From the NCBI GenBank assembly GCA_036231405.1, contig JAZAHK010000046.1, positions 7,567-71,566 of the forward strand: a DNA stretch of 64,000 bases. The letters are read 5' to 3'. The DNA is from Nitrospinota bacterium. GTDB taxonomy: Bacteria > UBA8248. Under the pieces are notes generated by a model that was not told where the DNA came from, did no database searches, and saw nothing but the letters and a program-made list of their open reading frames with translations. Numbering within the stretch: the first letter of the stretch is position 1; each line of letters starts with the position of its first letter. Below, in pieces: positions 1 to 10,155 of this stretch. Made by a program: the position numbers and the translations under genes.

Positions 1-1223
1 GGGTCGAAAGCGATTACTGCACCTTGTATCGATTCTTCCCATCCTAAGAATATCTTCTTTAAATTTTTGTTCAATTTCTTTACTTTGCCTAGAACAATAT
101 CCCCTACATTAAGTAGTTTATAATTTATATTCGTAGGTATATTCATATTTGCTTCAAAATTCCCGATAATTCCAAGGATTTTTTTACTTTTGACCTCAGT
201 GATCCTAAATTGGAAACGATCGCCAAGCTTAGGGTATCTCTTCATTTTTTTTGAAGCGTCATTAAAACCCCTTCTTTTGTTTAAGATTTTAATTCCCTTC
301 CTTAGCGCAGCATGCACATCTTTCTGAAGAGAAAGATCTAGTGTTGTGTGAACTTGCAATCCACTCCGATATATTGAAGATCCGTAACGTTTTGAGAGTT
401 GTTTCCTGACATGTTCTACAAAATAAGCAGATTCAGGAGTTTGATTCATAGTGAATGGATTTAGTCTAATAAATTCATCTTCAGCTGATTCCTTTTCCCT
501 TTTTTTGATAAATCTTTCTGCCAACATCCTATTTAAAACTAAGTTGCGTCGTTTTATTGATTTTTTTGGATGCCGTCTGGGATTAAATTTTGACGGTGCC
601 TTCGGTAGACCCGCAAGAATAGCACATTCTGCTAAGGTGAGTTCAGATAAGTTTTTCCCAAAATAAATTTTAGAAGCAGCTTGTACTCCGAACGAACCAC
701 TACCCAGATATATCTGATTCAAATAAAATTCTAGAATTTCATCTTTTGTAAAACGCTTCTCAATTTCAATTGCTAGTAAGGCTTCCTTTATTTTTCTTTT
801 TAGAGTTCTCTCAGGAGTGAGAAAGAGAACTTTAGCCAGTTGTTGTGTAATTGTGCTGCCTCCTTGCACAAAACGACCACTCCGTAGATTTACAAAAAAA
901 GCTCTTATAATGTCAGGGTAACTCACTCCAGGGTGTTCATAGAATCTTGCATCTTCTATAGATAAGAATGCTTGTCGTAATTGAATTGGTATTTTCGATA
1001 GTGGAGTAGGTTCCCTTCTCTCAAGATAGAGTTCTGCTATCAATTTTCCATTTGAGTCAAAAATCCTTGTTGTAGTGTTTGGCTGGTAGTTTTTTAATCG
1101 ATCAAGTTCAGGGAATTCTAAGAAGAAAGAAACTCCTGAACCTAGGAAAATTCCTATAGCAAAACATACAATTAGAATGAACTTAAAGATGTGGGTTTTT
1201 AGTAGCTTTTTAAAAAAAACCAT
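1..1223 (-). CDS. Class A penicillin-binding protein (PBP1A-type), N-terminal membrane anchor and GT51 transglycosylase domain; partial, runs off the window start
   Basis: Reverse-strand translation from ATG at 1223..1221 gives MVFFKKLLKTHIF..., a TM anchor, then GT51 motifs (EDxxFxxHxG-like SIEDARFYEHPGV, GGSTITQQLAK, RKxxE). No stop before position 1. Confidence 0.7.
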   Translation of the reverse strand, partial: MVFFKKLLKTHIFKFILIVCFAIGIFLGSGVSFFLEFPELDRLKNYQPNTTTRIFDSNGKLIAELYLERREPTPLSKIPIQLRQAFLSIEDARFYEHPGVSYPDIIRAFFVNLRSGRFVQGGSTITQQLAKVLFLTPERTLKRKIKEALLAIEIEKRFTKDEILEFYLNQIYLGSGSFGVQAASKIYFGKNLSELTLAECAILAGLPKAPSKFNPRRHPKKSIKRRNLVLNRMLAERFIKKREKESAEDEFIRLNPFTMNQTPESAYFVEHVRKQLSKRYGSSIYRSGLQVHTTLDLSLQKDVHAALRKGIKILNKRRGFNDASKKMKRYPKLGDRFQFRITEVKSKKILGIIGNFEANMNIPTNINYKLLNVGDIVLGKVKKLNKNLKKIFLGWEESIQGAVIAFD

Positions 1224-1402
1224 TTTCTAATATCCAAAAGAATAAAAGAACAAGTTCAATATATAAAAATCTTCTAACTTTTTTTTGTTCTTCTCATTAT
1301 ATTCTAACTTACTTCTTTTATAAGATTTATTCTTCTTGTCAAAGTGATGTTTTACCATAAATAGGTTATATTGAAATTATTGTTTCCCTAGGAGTTTTAT
1401 TT

Positions 1403-1912
1403 ATGGATGCCTTTCGGGTTCTAGTTCTTAACCAAAGTTATGAGCCAATTAACGTCTGTGGGGCTAAACGAGCTATTAAAATGAGTTTGCTTGGGAAGGC
1501 CGAAGTTGTTGAGTCTGGAGAACTTCCAATAAGAAGCGAGACTACTCACTTTTTACTTCCGTCGGTTATTCGGCTTAAAAATTACGTTTATCTAAAGATT
1601 AGAAAGAAAAAAGTTCCATTTAGCAAAAAAAATGTTTTCAAGAGAGATCATTTTACTTGTCAATATTGTGGTTCTTCAGATGGAGAAATGACGCTTGATC
1701 ATGTTTGCCCGCGCTCAAAAGGTGGGGAGTCCACTTGGAAGAATGTTGTTTGTAGTTGCAGTGTATGTAACTCTAGAAAGGGCAATCAACTCCCTGAGGA
1801 AATTGGCATGGTTCTAATTTCAAAGCCAACGCAACCTGTCTTTCCATTGATTGGTAGTTCTGGCAAATCTTCTGTAATATTTTCAGCTGAGAAGTGGACT
1901 AAATATTTTTAA
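1403..1912 (+). CDS. Stand-alone HNH endonuclease (COG1403/McrA-like small HNH protein)
   Basis: 169 aa. C-terminal HNH core CQYCG...DHVCPRSKGG...N..CSC..CNSRKG (Cys4 zinc finger with His-Asn-His). The conserved N-terminus MxxxRVLVLNQSYEP is seen in a widespread small HNH family. Confidence 0.75.
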   Translation: MDAFRVLVLNQSYEPINVCGAKRAIKMSLLGKAEVVESGELPIRSETTHFLLPSVIRLKNYVYLKIRKKKVPFSKKNVFKRDHFTCQYCGSSDGEMTLDHVCPRSKGGESTWKNVVCSCSVCNSRKGNQLPEEIGMVLISKPTQPVFPLIGSSGKSSVIFSAEKWTKYF

Positions 1913-1970
1913 ATTTCTTGATTTTCCATTTTTTCCCCTAAACATTTTTTGTGTAGAAAGAGGTTTCTGA

Positions 1971-3971
1971 ATGAGTAATTTTGAGCTTTTTTCTGAGTTT
2001 AAGCCATCTGGTGATCAGCCTTCTGCTATTAGGAGCATTCTCAAGAATTTCGAGAATGGGAAGAAAAAGCAAGTGCTTCTCGGTGTAACCGGCTCTGGTA
2101 AAACATTTACAATGGCAAACGTAATCCAGGAATTAAAAAAACCAACTCTAGTTCTTGCTCATAATAAAACTCTTGCTGCTCAACTTTATAATGAATTTAA
2201 GGAGTTTTTTCCTAACAATGCGGTAGAATATTTCGTGAGTTATTACGATTACTATCAACCGGAAGCATATGTTCCTACTACTAATACATTTATTGAAAAA
2301 GATGCTTCCATTAACGATGAACTTGATAGACTTAGACATTCTGCAACTCTTTCTGCTTTAACTAGGAAAGATGTTCTAGTTGTTGCGAGTGTTAGTGCAA
2401 TTTATGGACTAGGACATCCATCTGATTTTATTGATCTACATGTGCATGTCGAAAAGGGAATGAGCGTTAATCGAGATGAATTTTTAAAAGATTTGGTTAG
2501 AATACAATACCGGCGAGATGATTTAGAACTTTTACGTTCTACTTTTAGAGTGAGGGGAGATGTTATAGAAATACATCTTCCGCATATAGATGATTACATT
2601 GTTCGTATAGAGCTTTTCGGAGACGAAATTGATAAAATCTCTAAAATAGATTATCTGAGAAGGTCTAAGGGAGTGGAAGTTAGTTGTATAGACTTTTATC
2701 CGAATACTCATTATATAACTCCAGATGAAAGACTTGCACTTGCTATCGATAAGATAGAGCAAGAGATGTACGAGCAAATAAATTTTCTTGAAAAGGAAGA
2801 TAAATTTCTTGAAGGAAAACGTTTAAGCGATAGGACACGTGAAGATTTAGAAATGCTAAGAGAAGTCGGTTTTTGTCACGGCATAGAAAATTATAGTCGA
2901 CATCTAGACGGTCGTGAGGAAGGAGAACAACCTGCTACTTTATTTTCATACTTCAAGGATGACCTTTTAGTTATTATTGATGAAAGTCATCAAACTATCC
3001 CTCAATTTCGTGCAATGTATAATGGTGATAGGTCTCGTAAAAAGACTCTAGTTTCTCATGGATTTAGGCTCCCTTCTGCATTAGACAATAGACCTCTAAG
3101 ATTTGACGAATTTGAGACCGAACTGAAAGAAGTTTTGTATGTTTCTGCTACTCCAAGTGATTATGAAGTAACTGATAGCAATGGTGTCGTGGTTGAGCAG
3201 ATTATTAGACCAACGGGTTTAATCGACCCAATTGTTCAAGTACGTCCTGCTAAATCTCAAGTAGATGATCTAATTTCTGAAGCCAAGAAGGTTATTTCCC
3301 AAGGCGACCGCGTTCTAGCCACTACCCTAACTAAGAGGTTTTCTGAAGATCTTTCAGAGTATTATGATGATCTTGGATTCAAAGTTAGATATTTACATAG
3401 CGATATAAATGCTGTTGAGAGAGTTAGTATTATTAGAGATTTTAGAGCAGGTGAATTTGATATCTTAATAGGGATTAATTTACTTCGTGAAGGACTTGAT
3501 CTACCAGAAGTTGCACTAGTCGCAATCTTTGATGCAGACAAAGAAGGATTCCTCAGATCTGAAACTGCTCTAATACAAACTGCAGGTCGTGCAGCTAGAC
3601 ATTTGGATGGAAAAGTCATTATGTATGCAGATAATCCGACAAGAAGTATGAATAGGTCTATTCAAGAGATGGATAGGCGTAGAACTATTCAACTGGAATA
3701 TAATAAAAGAAAAGGAATTACGCCCAAATCCATTCAAAAGAAATTAAATCCTCTTTTGAATAGTAGTTATACAACCGAGGGGAAAGACAAATTCAATAAA
3801 ATTGAATGGGAAAATGTTCCAGAATATTTTACTGAGGAAGATAAGCTTGATTTGGAAAAACTGCGTTTAGAAATGAGGGAGGCAGCTAAAAAACTTGATT
3901 TTGAGCATGCGGCACATTTAAGGGACAAAATTTTTAGTTTCGAGAAACGTCAACTTGGAATAAAGGTTTAA
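1971..3971 (+). CDS. uvrB: Excinuclease ABC subunit B
   Basis: 666 aa. Walker A GVTGSGKTFT, helicase motifs, C-terminal UVR domain (LRLEMREAAKKLDFEHAAHLRDKI). Confidence 0.95.
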   Translation: MSNFELFSEFKPSGDQPSAIRSILKNFENGKKKQVLLGVTGSGKTFTMANVIQELKKPTLVLAHNKTLAAQLYNEFKEFFPNNAVEYFVSYYDYYQPEAYVPTTNTFIEKDASINDELDRLRHSATLSALTRKDVLVVASVSAIYGLGHPSDFIDLHVHVEKGMSVNRDEFLKDLVRIQYRRDDLELLRSTFRVRGDVIEIHLPHIDDYIVRIELFGDEIDKISKIDYLRRSKGVEVSCIDFYPNTHYITPDERLALAIDKIEQEMYEQINFLEKEDKFLEGKRLSDRTREDLEMLREVGFCHGIENYSRHLDGREEGEQPATLFSYFKDDLLVIIDESHQTIPQFRAMYNGDRSRKKTLVSHGFRLPSALDNRPLRFDEFETELKEVLYVSATPSDYEVTDSNGVVVEQIIRPTGLIDPIVQVRPAKSQVDDLISEAKKVISQGDRVLATTLTKRFSEDLSEYYDDLGFKVRYLHSDINAVERVSIIRDFRAGEFDILIGINLLREGLDLPEVALVAIFDADKEGFLRSETALIQTAGRAARHLDGKVIMYADNPTRSMNRSIQEMDRRRTIQLEYNKRKGITPKSIQKKLNPLLNSSYTTEGKDKFNKIEWENVPEYFTEEDKLDLEKLRLEMREAAKKLDFEHAAHLRDKIFSFEKRQLGIKV

Positions 3972-3974
3972 CAA

Positions 3975-5870
3975 ATGAAGATTTTGAATCTCAAGGAAAC
4001 CAAGTTTGCAGTTTTTGATTCCTCTACGAGGGATTCTTTGAAATTATTGCCTTTAAAACCAGGGATCTACATTTTCAGGGATTCTGAAGGAGGAATCCTT
4101 TACGTTGGGAAAGCCTCAAAATTAAGATCGAGAGTTAGGAGTTATTTTTCTGGTAATCATGGACGAAGTCCTTGGATATCTAAAATGATTAAGAATATTT
4201 TTGAAATCGGATATATAATAACTTTTGATGAAGTAGAAGCATTGATTCTTGAGAATAATTATATCAAAGAATATAAACCACTATATAATATACAACTAAG
4301 AGATGGTAAGAGTTTTCCCTATCTAAAATTTACTACAGGGGAAAAATACCCTCGACTTATGATTGTCCGCAGAATTTTAGATGACAATCATCTATACTTT
4401 GGACCATTCCCATCATCAAGTAGTTTAAAAAGAACTATTAAGTTTTTACAAAAAACTTTTTACATAAGATCTTGCATTGGCGGAATAGAAGATAAAACTT
4501 CCGAAAGATGTATTTATTACCAGATGAAAAGTTGTTTTGGACCTTGTGACGGACTACAGACTAAAGATGAATATGATACCTGTGTGAAGAATGCGATCGA
4601 TTTTCTGAAAGGTAAAGATCGTGTTCTTATAAATAGGTTGCGTAAGGAAATGGAAATTTATTCTGAAAAAATGAGATTTGAGAACGCAGCAAGAATACGC
4701 GATAACTTAAAAAGTATTGAATACGTCTTGCAAAATCAAAAGGTTTTATATTCTAAGAATTGTGACCAAGATATTATTGGTTTCGATAGAAAATTGAATC
4801 ACACCTCCTTTCGTATTTTTTATGTAAGGGGAGGTAGATTGCTTGGAGACCAAAATTTTTCACTTAGAGTTAAAAACGAAATGTCTAAAGAGGAGTTGAT
4901 TTCTAATTTTGTCAAACAGTATTACAACAGGCAAAATCTCATTCCAGAAGAAATTCTTTTGTCCTGCATACCTATTGATTTAGATATTCTCTCTAAGTGG
5001 CTTACTCTCAAGAGAGGAAAGAAAGTAGATATTCAAATTCCAAAAAAGGGGACGAAGTATAAACTGATAAAGATGGCATGTTTAAATGCTTTAGAAGAAA
5101 TAGAATCTAAGGAAAATGAAGAGTTGCTTTTACGTAACACCTTAAAAGAAATTCAGTCTAAATTAAAATTAAAAAAATATCCCGAGAGAATTGAAGCTTT
5201 TGATATTTCCAATTTGCAAGGAAATTCTTTAGTCGGCGCGAGTGTTACTTTTGATAATGGTTCACCGTCACCAGAAAACTATCGCAGGTATAGGATAAAA
5301 TATCCATTACGTAAAGCTGACGATTTTTTGTCAATAAAAGAAATTGTATATCGACGGCTAAAGAGACTTAAGATTGAAAATAAAAGAATGCCTGATTTGC
5401 TTTTGATTGATGGAGGGAAAGGTCAACTCAATGCGGCTAAAGATGTTCTAGAAAAGTTGGAATTAGGTGCTTCTATAAGTATTTGTTCGATTTCTAAAGG
5501 AAGGAATTCAACAAGGAAAATAGATAAGGATGTGATTTACGTTGAAGAAGAAAAAAAGCCTATAAAATTGTCGGATGCAAGTGACGCAAAACTTTTAATT
5601 CAAAGGATTAGAGATGAAGTTCATCGATTTGCTATTACCTACCATCGTAAAGAGAGGAAGAGAAAGAATTTTGAAAATAGTTTAACGAATATTAAAGGTC
5701 TTGGTCCAAAGAAAAGGAGAGCACTAATAAAAAAATTTGGTGGGATTAGAGGAATTTCTGCTGCAACTGATCAGGAGTTACGTGCAATTGAAGGTATTAA
5801 CACCAATCTAGTAAATGCGATACGTGATCATTTAGGGGAATCGAATCTTTCATTAGGTTTAGTAAATTAA
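3975..5870 (+). CDS. uvrC: Excinuclease ABC subunit C
   Basis: 631 aa. N-terminal GIY-YIG (GIYIFRDSEGGILYVGKA), UVR domain, C-terminal RNaseH-like/HhH. Immediately follows uvrB. Confidence 0.93.
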   Translation: MKILNLKETKFAVFDSSTRDSLKLLPLKPGIYIFRDSEGGILYVGKASKLRSRVRSYFSGNHGRSPWISKMIKNIFEIGYIITFDEVEALILENNYIKEYKPLYNIQLRDGKSFPYLKFTTGEKYPRLMIVRRILDDNHLYFGPFPSSSSLKRTIKFLQKTFYIRSCIGGIEDKTSERCIYYQMKSCFGPCDGLQTKDEYDTCVKNAIDFLKGKDRVLINRLRKEMEIYSEKMRFENAARIRDNLKSIEYVLQNQKVLYSKNCDQDIIGFDRKLNHTSFRIFYVRGGRLLGDQNFSLRVKNEMSKEELISNFVKQYYNRQNLIPEEILLSCIPIDLDILSKWLTLKRGKKVDIQIPKKGTKYKLIKMACLNALEEIESKENEELLLRNTLKEIQSKLKLKKYPERIEAFDISNLQGNSLVGASVTFDNGSPSPENYRRYRIKYPLRKADDFLSIKEIVYRRLKRLKIENKRMPDLLLIDGGKGQLNAAKDVLEKLELGASISICSISKGRNSTRKIDKDVIYVEEEKKPIKLSDASDAKLLIQRIRDEVHRFAITYHRKERKRKNFENSLTNIKGLGPKKRRALIKKFGGIRGISAATDQELRAIEGINTNLVNAIRDHLGESNLSLGLVN

Positions 5871-5871
5871 A

Positions 5872-7413
5872 ATGCTTGCACTCAAAGAGTCTATTTTTAA
5901 TTATAGAAGTATGGTTCTATCGATTTTGTCTGGTGTTTTATTATCCTTGTCTTTTCCACCTTTTAGATTTAGTCAGTTATCTTTTTGCTTTTTGCTCCCT
6001 TTATTTTTCTCTATACAAAAAAAAACTGTTCATCAGGCCTTTCGTTTAGGTTTTATATGTGGAGTCGTTTCCTATACCCTTAGTGTACATTGGGTAAAAA
6101 ATACAATGATCTCATATGGCGGGATGCACCCTATCCTGGCCTATTTAGTGATGCTTCTATTGATTTTTTATATGGCAATCTATGTTGGTTTTTTTGCATT
6201 TTTTTTCGTTCGTTTTTCTTCTAAGTTTCAACCATTAATTTTTCTTAGTGTCCCATCTATTTGGGTGTCCTTAGAATTTATCCGTGCCCACTTATTTACA
6301 GGATTTCCTTGGATTTTGCTAGGATATAGTCAATATGAAATGCGTTATATAGTACAAGTAGCTGATCTAACGGGTGTTTACGGGGTTTCTTTTTTCATAG
6401 TATTCATTAATTTCTCCTTATTCTATTTCTTTACTAAGCCAAAGAGGTTGTTTCGTTGGGAAGGACTTTTGTTGGTAATTGTTTCTACCCTTGTTTTTGG
6501 CTATGGATATTTAAAAATTGGCTCGAATATCGAAATAGATAAGTCAAGAGCCCAAAATATTGGAATTGTGCAACCCAATATAACACCTGAAATAAAATGG
6601 TCTAGAAAATATATAGGTCATATAAAAAATGTTTTAGAAACACAAACTAAATCTGTTAGTAGGAAAATGAAATTTTTAGAAGATAAGGACAAGTTAATTA
6701 TTTGGCCTGAAGCGGCACTTCCTTTAGTTCTAAAAGACAAATCTATTTCTACTGGATGGATCAAGAAGCTTGCTGTGTCAAATAAAATTTTTTTATTACT
6801 AGGTGCGTTAGGAGATTCCCCTAATTCTAGAGGTCTATATAATTCTGTGTTTTTTTTCAATCCATTAGGTTCTAAAAGCGGCAGATATGACAAAAAACAT
6901 TTAGTCCCTTTTGGTGAGTATGTACCCTTTCAAGATTTTTTGTTTTTTGTTAATAAGCTTGTTCCTGTAGTAGGACAATTTAAATCGGGAAATAAAAAAA
7001 CTATCTTTCGAATTGGTAAAAATAAATTTGCTACCTTAATTTGTTATGAGATTATCTTCCCTAGGGAAGTTAGAAAAATGAAGGGAATAGATTTTTTAGT
7101 TAATGTAACAAATGACGCTTGGTTTGGTAAAACTGCAGCTTCGGAACAACATTTATCTATGGCTATCTTTCGTGCAATAGAGATGCGTGTTCCACTAATA
7201 AGAGTTGCGAATTCTGGAATAAGTGCTGTAGTTGACGAAACGGGGAAGGTAAGGATTAGGAGTGGATTGTTCAAAAAATGGGTATGGGTTGGTCAGATAA
7301 ATTTAAAGGAAAGATCTGAAACATTTTATTCAGAATTTGGTGATGTTTTTGTTTTATGTGTTTGCTTCTTCTTCGTTTTGAACTTGATTGCTTATCGATT
7401 TTCTAGGGTATAA
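5872..7413 (+). CDS. lnt: Apolipoprotein N-acyltransferase
   Basis: 513 aa. Multi-TM N-terminus plus C-terminal CN-hydrolase domain with the conserved ICYEIIFP cysteine and WPEAALP glutamate. Confidence 0.85.
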   Translation: MLALKESIFNYRSMVLSILSGVLLSLSFPPFRFSQLSFCFLLPLFFSIQKKTVHQAFRLGFICGVVSYTLSVHWVKNTMISYGGMHPILAYLVMLLLIFYMAIYVGFFAFFFVRFSSKFQPLIFLSVPSIWVSLEFIRAHLFTGFPWILLGYSQYEMRYIVQVADLTGVYGVSFFIVFINFSLFYFFTKPKRLFRWEGLLLVIVSTLVFGYGYLKIGSNIEIDKSRAQNIGIVQPNITPEIKWSRKYIGHIKNVLETQTKSVSRKMKFLEDKDKLIIWPEAALPLVLKDKSISTGWIKKLAVSNKIFLLLGALGDSPNSRGLYNSVFFFNPLGSKSGRYDKKHLVPFGEYVPFQDFLFFVNKLVPVVGQFKSGNKKTIFRIGKNKFATLICYEIIFPREVRKMKGIDFLVNVTNDAWFGKTAASEQHLSMAIFRAIEMRVPLIRVANSGISAVVDETGKVRIRSGLFKKWVWVGQINLKERSETFYSEFGDVFVLCVCFFFVLNLIAYRFSRV

Positions 7414-7461
7414 TAGAGATCATTACGTTTTTTTGATTTTTCGTCTGTTGTTGGAGATAAA

Positions 7462-8566
7462 ATGGAAGAGCAACTGAAAAAAATAGATTTTCTGCAATCT
7501 AAACTTCATGACCTCTGGGGTAGTCTTTGACCTCGAAAAAATACAAACTGAATGTTTGAAATTAGATAAAATTTCTGGACAATCAGACTTCTGGAATGAT
7601 TCGGAAAAGGCGCAAAATATCCTTAAAAAGCGTGCATCTTATCAAAGAATTGTGAATTCTTGGGAAACACTAGACACTAAGCTTTCAGATCAAAAAGAAT
7701 TTTTAGAAATCATGGAATTAGAGGGAAGTAAAGATGAGAAGATTCTTTCAGAAATTTCTCAAGCCCTCCTTTCGATTGAAAATGAAGTTGAACGTCAGGA
7801 ATTCCGTTCGATAATGAATTCACCTGATAATTTTTCTAATGCCATACTTTCTGTTAATGCAGGTGCGGGAGGTGTTGAGAGTCAAGATTGGGCAGGTATG
7901 TTAGTTAGAATGTATACCCGCTGGGCAGAAGAAAGTGATTTCTTGGTTTCAGTGGTATCGGTTTTTCCTGGAGATGAATCTGGATTCAAAAGTGTTACGT
8001 TGATTGTTGAAGGTGAATATGCATACGGTTATTTACGTGCAGAGATCGGGGTACACCGTTTGATCAGAATATCTCCTTTTGACTCTAATTCTAGGCGACA
8101 TACATCGTTCGCCTCTGTAGATGTGAGTCCAGAAGTAAATGATGATGTTGTTATAGATGTTTCTGAAAACGATTTAAGAGTTGATGTTTTTAGGAGTTCT
8201 GGAGCAGGAGGTCAACATGTCAACACTACTGATTCAGCAGTTAGGATTACACATTTGCCGTCTGGAATTGTGGTTTCATGTCAGAATGAAAGGAGCCAAC
8301 ATAAAAATCGTGCAACAGCAATGAAACTGTTAAGAACTCAATTGTATGATGTCGAAAGACAAAAATTGCAGGAGAAAAAGGATGTTATTCATGCATCTAA
8401 AAAATCAATTGCATTTGGGAGTCAGATACGTTCGTATATTTTACACCCATACCGTATGGTGAAGGATCATAGAACAAATATTGAATTTTCGAATGTAGAT
8501 TCCGTTCTAGATGGGAAAATAGATATTTTCCTGGATGCTTATTTGAAAACTCTTATCGATACTTAA
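7462..8566 (+). CDS. prfB: Peptide chain release factor 2; requires a programmed +1 ribosomal frameshift at CTT-TGA-C (7525..7531)
   Basis: Short frame-1 [25 protein letters not shown] stops at TGA 7528..7530, preceded by an SD-like GGGG. The +1 frame continues [11 protein letters not shown]... and carries SPF and GGQ motifs. This is the classical RF2 autoregulatory site. Confidence 0.9.
7511..7531 (+). promoter_or_regulatory. prfB programmed +1 frameshift site (internal SD GGGG, slippery CTT, in-frame TGA followed by C)
   Basis: Sequence ctctGGGGtagtCTTTGAc, compared with E. coli AGGGGGUAUCUUUGAC. Confidence 0.85.
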
Positions 8567-8595
8567 TTCTTAATTTTATATAAGGCGATTCGTTT

Positions 8596-10152
8596 ATGAA
8601 TGATGATCTTGAAGATTCTAAAATTCAAAAAAATGATGAGGTTTATGATGAATTAGAGGATGAGAACCTTTTAATTTCTCAAAGAAGAAGAAAACTTCAA
8701 GAAATTCGTTCGAGTGGTGGTAATCCATTCGTAAATAGATTTACCGTTTCACATCAGGTAAGAGTGATTTTAGAAAAATTTTCATCTTTTTCAAAGGAAG
8801 AACTAGAAGAAGAGAAAGAAAATAGCTACACGGTTGCCGGACGTATTTTGGCAAAAAGATTACAGGGTAAAGTTGTTTTCATGGACTTGAGAGACGGGAC
8901 AGGCCAACTTCAACTTTTTGTGAGACAGAAGGATTTAGGAGAACAAGCGTTTGAAAAGATGAAAGGTTTGGATATTGGAGATATTGCCGGTTTTGAAGGG
9001 GGAATTTTCAAAACCAAAACCGGAGAATTATCGGTTTGGGTTCGTTCTGGTGAATTGTTAACTAAAAATTTGCGCCCTCTTCCTGAAAAATGGCATGGAC
9101 TACAAAATGTTGAATCAAAATATAGACAGAGATATCTCGATTTAATTGCAAATCCTGATTCTATGAAAGTCTTCGATACGAGAATTAAATTGATTAAATT
9201 AATGAGAGATTTTCTTGATAAGGAAGGTTTTGTAGAAGTTGAAACTCCAATGATGCACGCGATTGCAGGGGGAGCTACTGCAAGACCCTTTAAGACTTTT
9301 CATAATACTCTTGAAATGCCACTTTATTTACGTGTTGCTCCTGAGTTGTATCTAAAACGTCTAGTTGTTGGAGGGATGGATCGTGTTTACGAAATTAATA
9401 GAAACTTCCGAAACGAAGGAATTTCTACTCAGCATAATCCTGAATTTACGATGATTGAATTTTATAAGGCTTACGCAGACTATAATGATTTGATGGAAAT
9501 GACGGAAGTTATGCTCTCGGAGATTTGTGAAAAATTAAAAGGAGAAACGAATATTAAATTTGGGAAATTGGAACTATCTTTCTCTAAAGGATGGGAAAGA
9601 TATAAATGGCATGACTCCATAGTAGAAATTGGTTTAGCACCACCAGAAGTCCTTTCTGATCTTGAACTTGCCAAAAAATTTGTTACTGATGTTTCCCAAG
9701 AAAGTAGTTCTTCCCAAACACAATTCTCTAGCCATGTCGAGATTCTCGAATATATTTTTGATGAGATAGTTGTCCCAAAACTCATTCAACCTACTTTTAT
9801 TTATGATTTTCCAAGGGAGATTTCTCCTTTATCAAAATCTCTTGAAAATAATCCTGAAATTGTTGAACGTTTTGAACTATTTGTTGCGGGTCGTGAAATT
9901 GCGAATGCATATACGGAACTAAATGATCCGGACGAACAAAGAATTAGATTTGAAGAACAGTTGGAGGCAAATGATTCTGAGGATGAAGGAAATCATGAGA
10001 TTGATTTGGATTACTTGACTGCTTTAGAGTATGGCTTGCCTCCGACTGCCGGTGAGGGAATAGGCATAGATCGACTTGTTATGATTTTAACTGATTCCCC
10101 GTCTATACGTGATGTAATTTTTTTTCCTTTATTAAGAAAAAACAAGGGATAA
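8596..10152 (+). CDS. lysS: Lysyl-tRNA synthetase, class II
   Basis: 518 aa. OB-fold N-domain; class II motifs 2 (FRNEG) and 3 ([11 protein letters not shown]). Conserved prfB-lysS arrangement. Confidence 0.95.
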   Translation: MNDDLEDSKIQKNDEVYDELEDENLLISQRRRKLQEIRSSGGNPFVNRFTVSHQVRVILEKFSSFSKEELEEEKENSYTVAGRILAKRLQGKVVFMDLRDGTGQLQLFVRQKDLGEQAFEKMKGLDIGDIAGFEGGIFKTKTGELSVWVRSGELLTKNLRPLPEKWHGLQNVESKYRQRYLDLIANPDSMKVFDTRIKLIKLMRDFLDKEGFVEVETPMMHAIAGGATARPFKTFHNTLEMPLYLRVAPELYLKRLVVGGMDRVYEINRNFRNEGISTQHNPEFTMIEFYKAYADYNDLMEMTEVMLSEICEKLKGETNIKFGKLELSFSKGWERYKWHDSIVEIGLAPPEVLSDLELAKKFVTDVSQESSSSQTQFSSHVEILEYIFDEIVVPKLIQPTFIYDFPREISPLSKSLENNPEIVERFELFVAGREIANAYTELNDPDEQRIRFEEQLEANDSEDEGNHEIDLDYLTALEYGLPPTAGEGIGIDRLVMILTDSPSIRDVIFFPLLRKNKG

Positions 10153-10155
10153 ATA

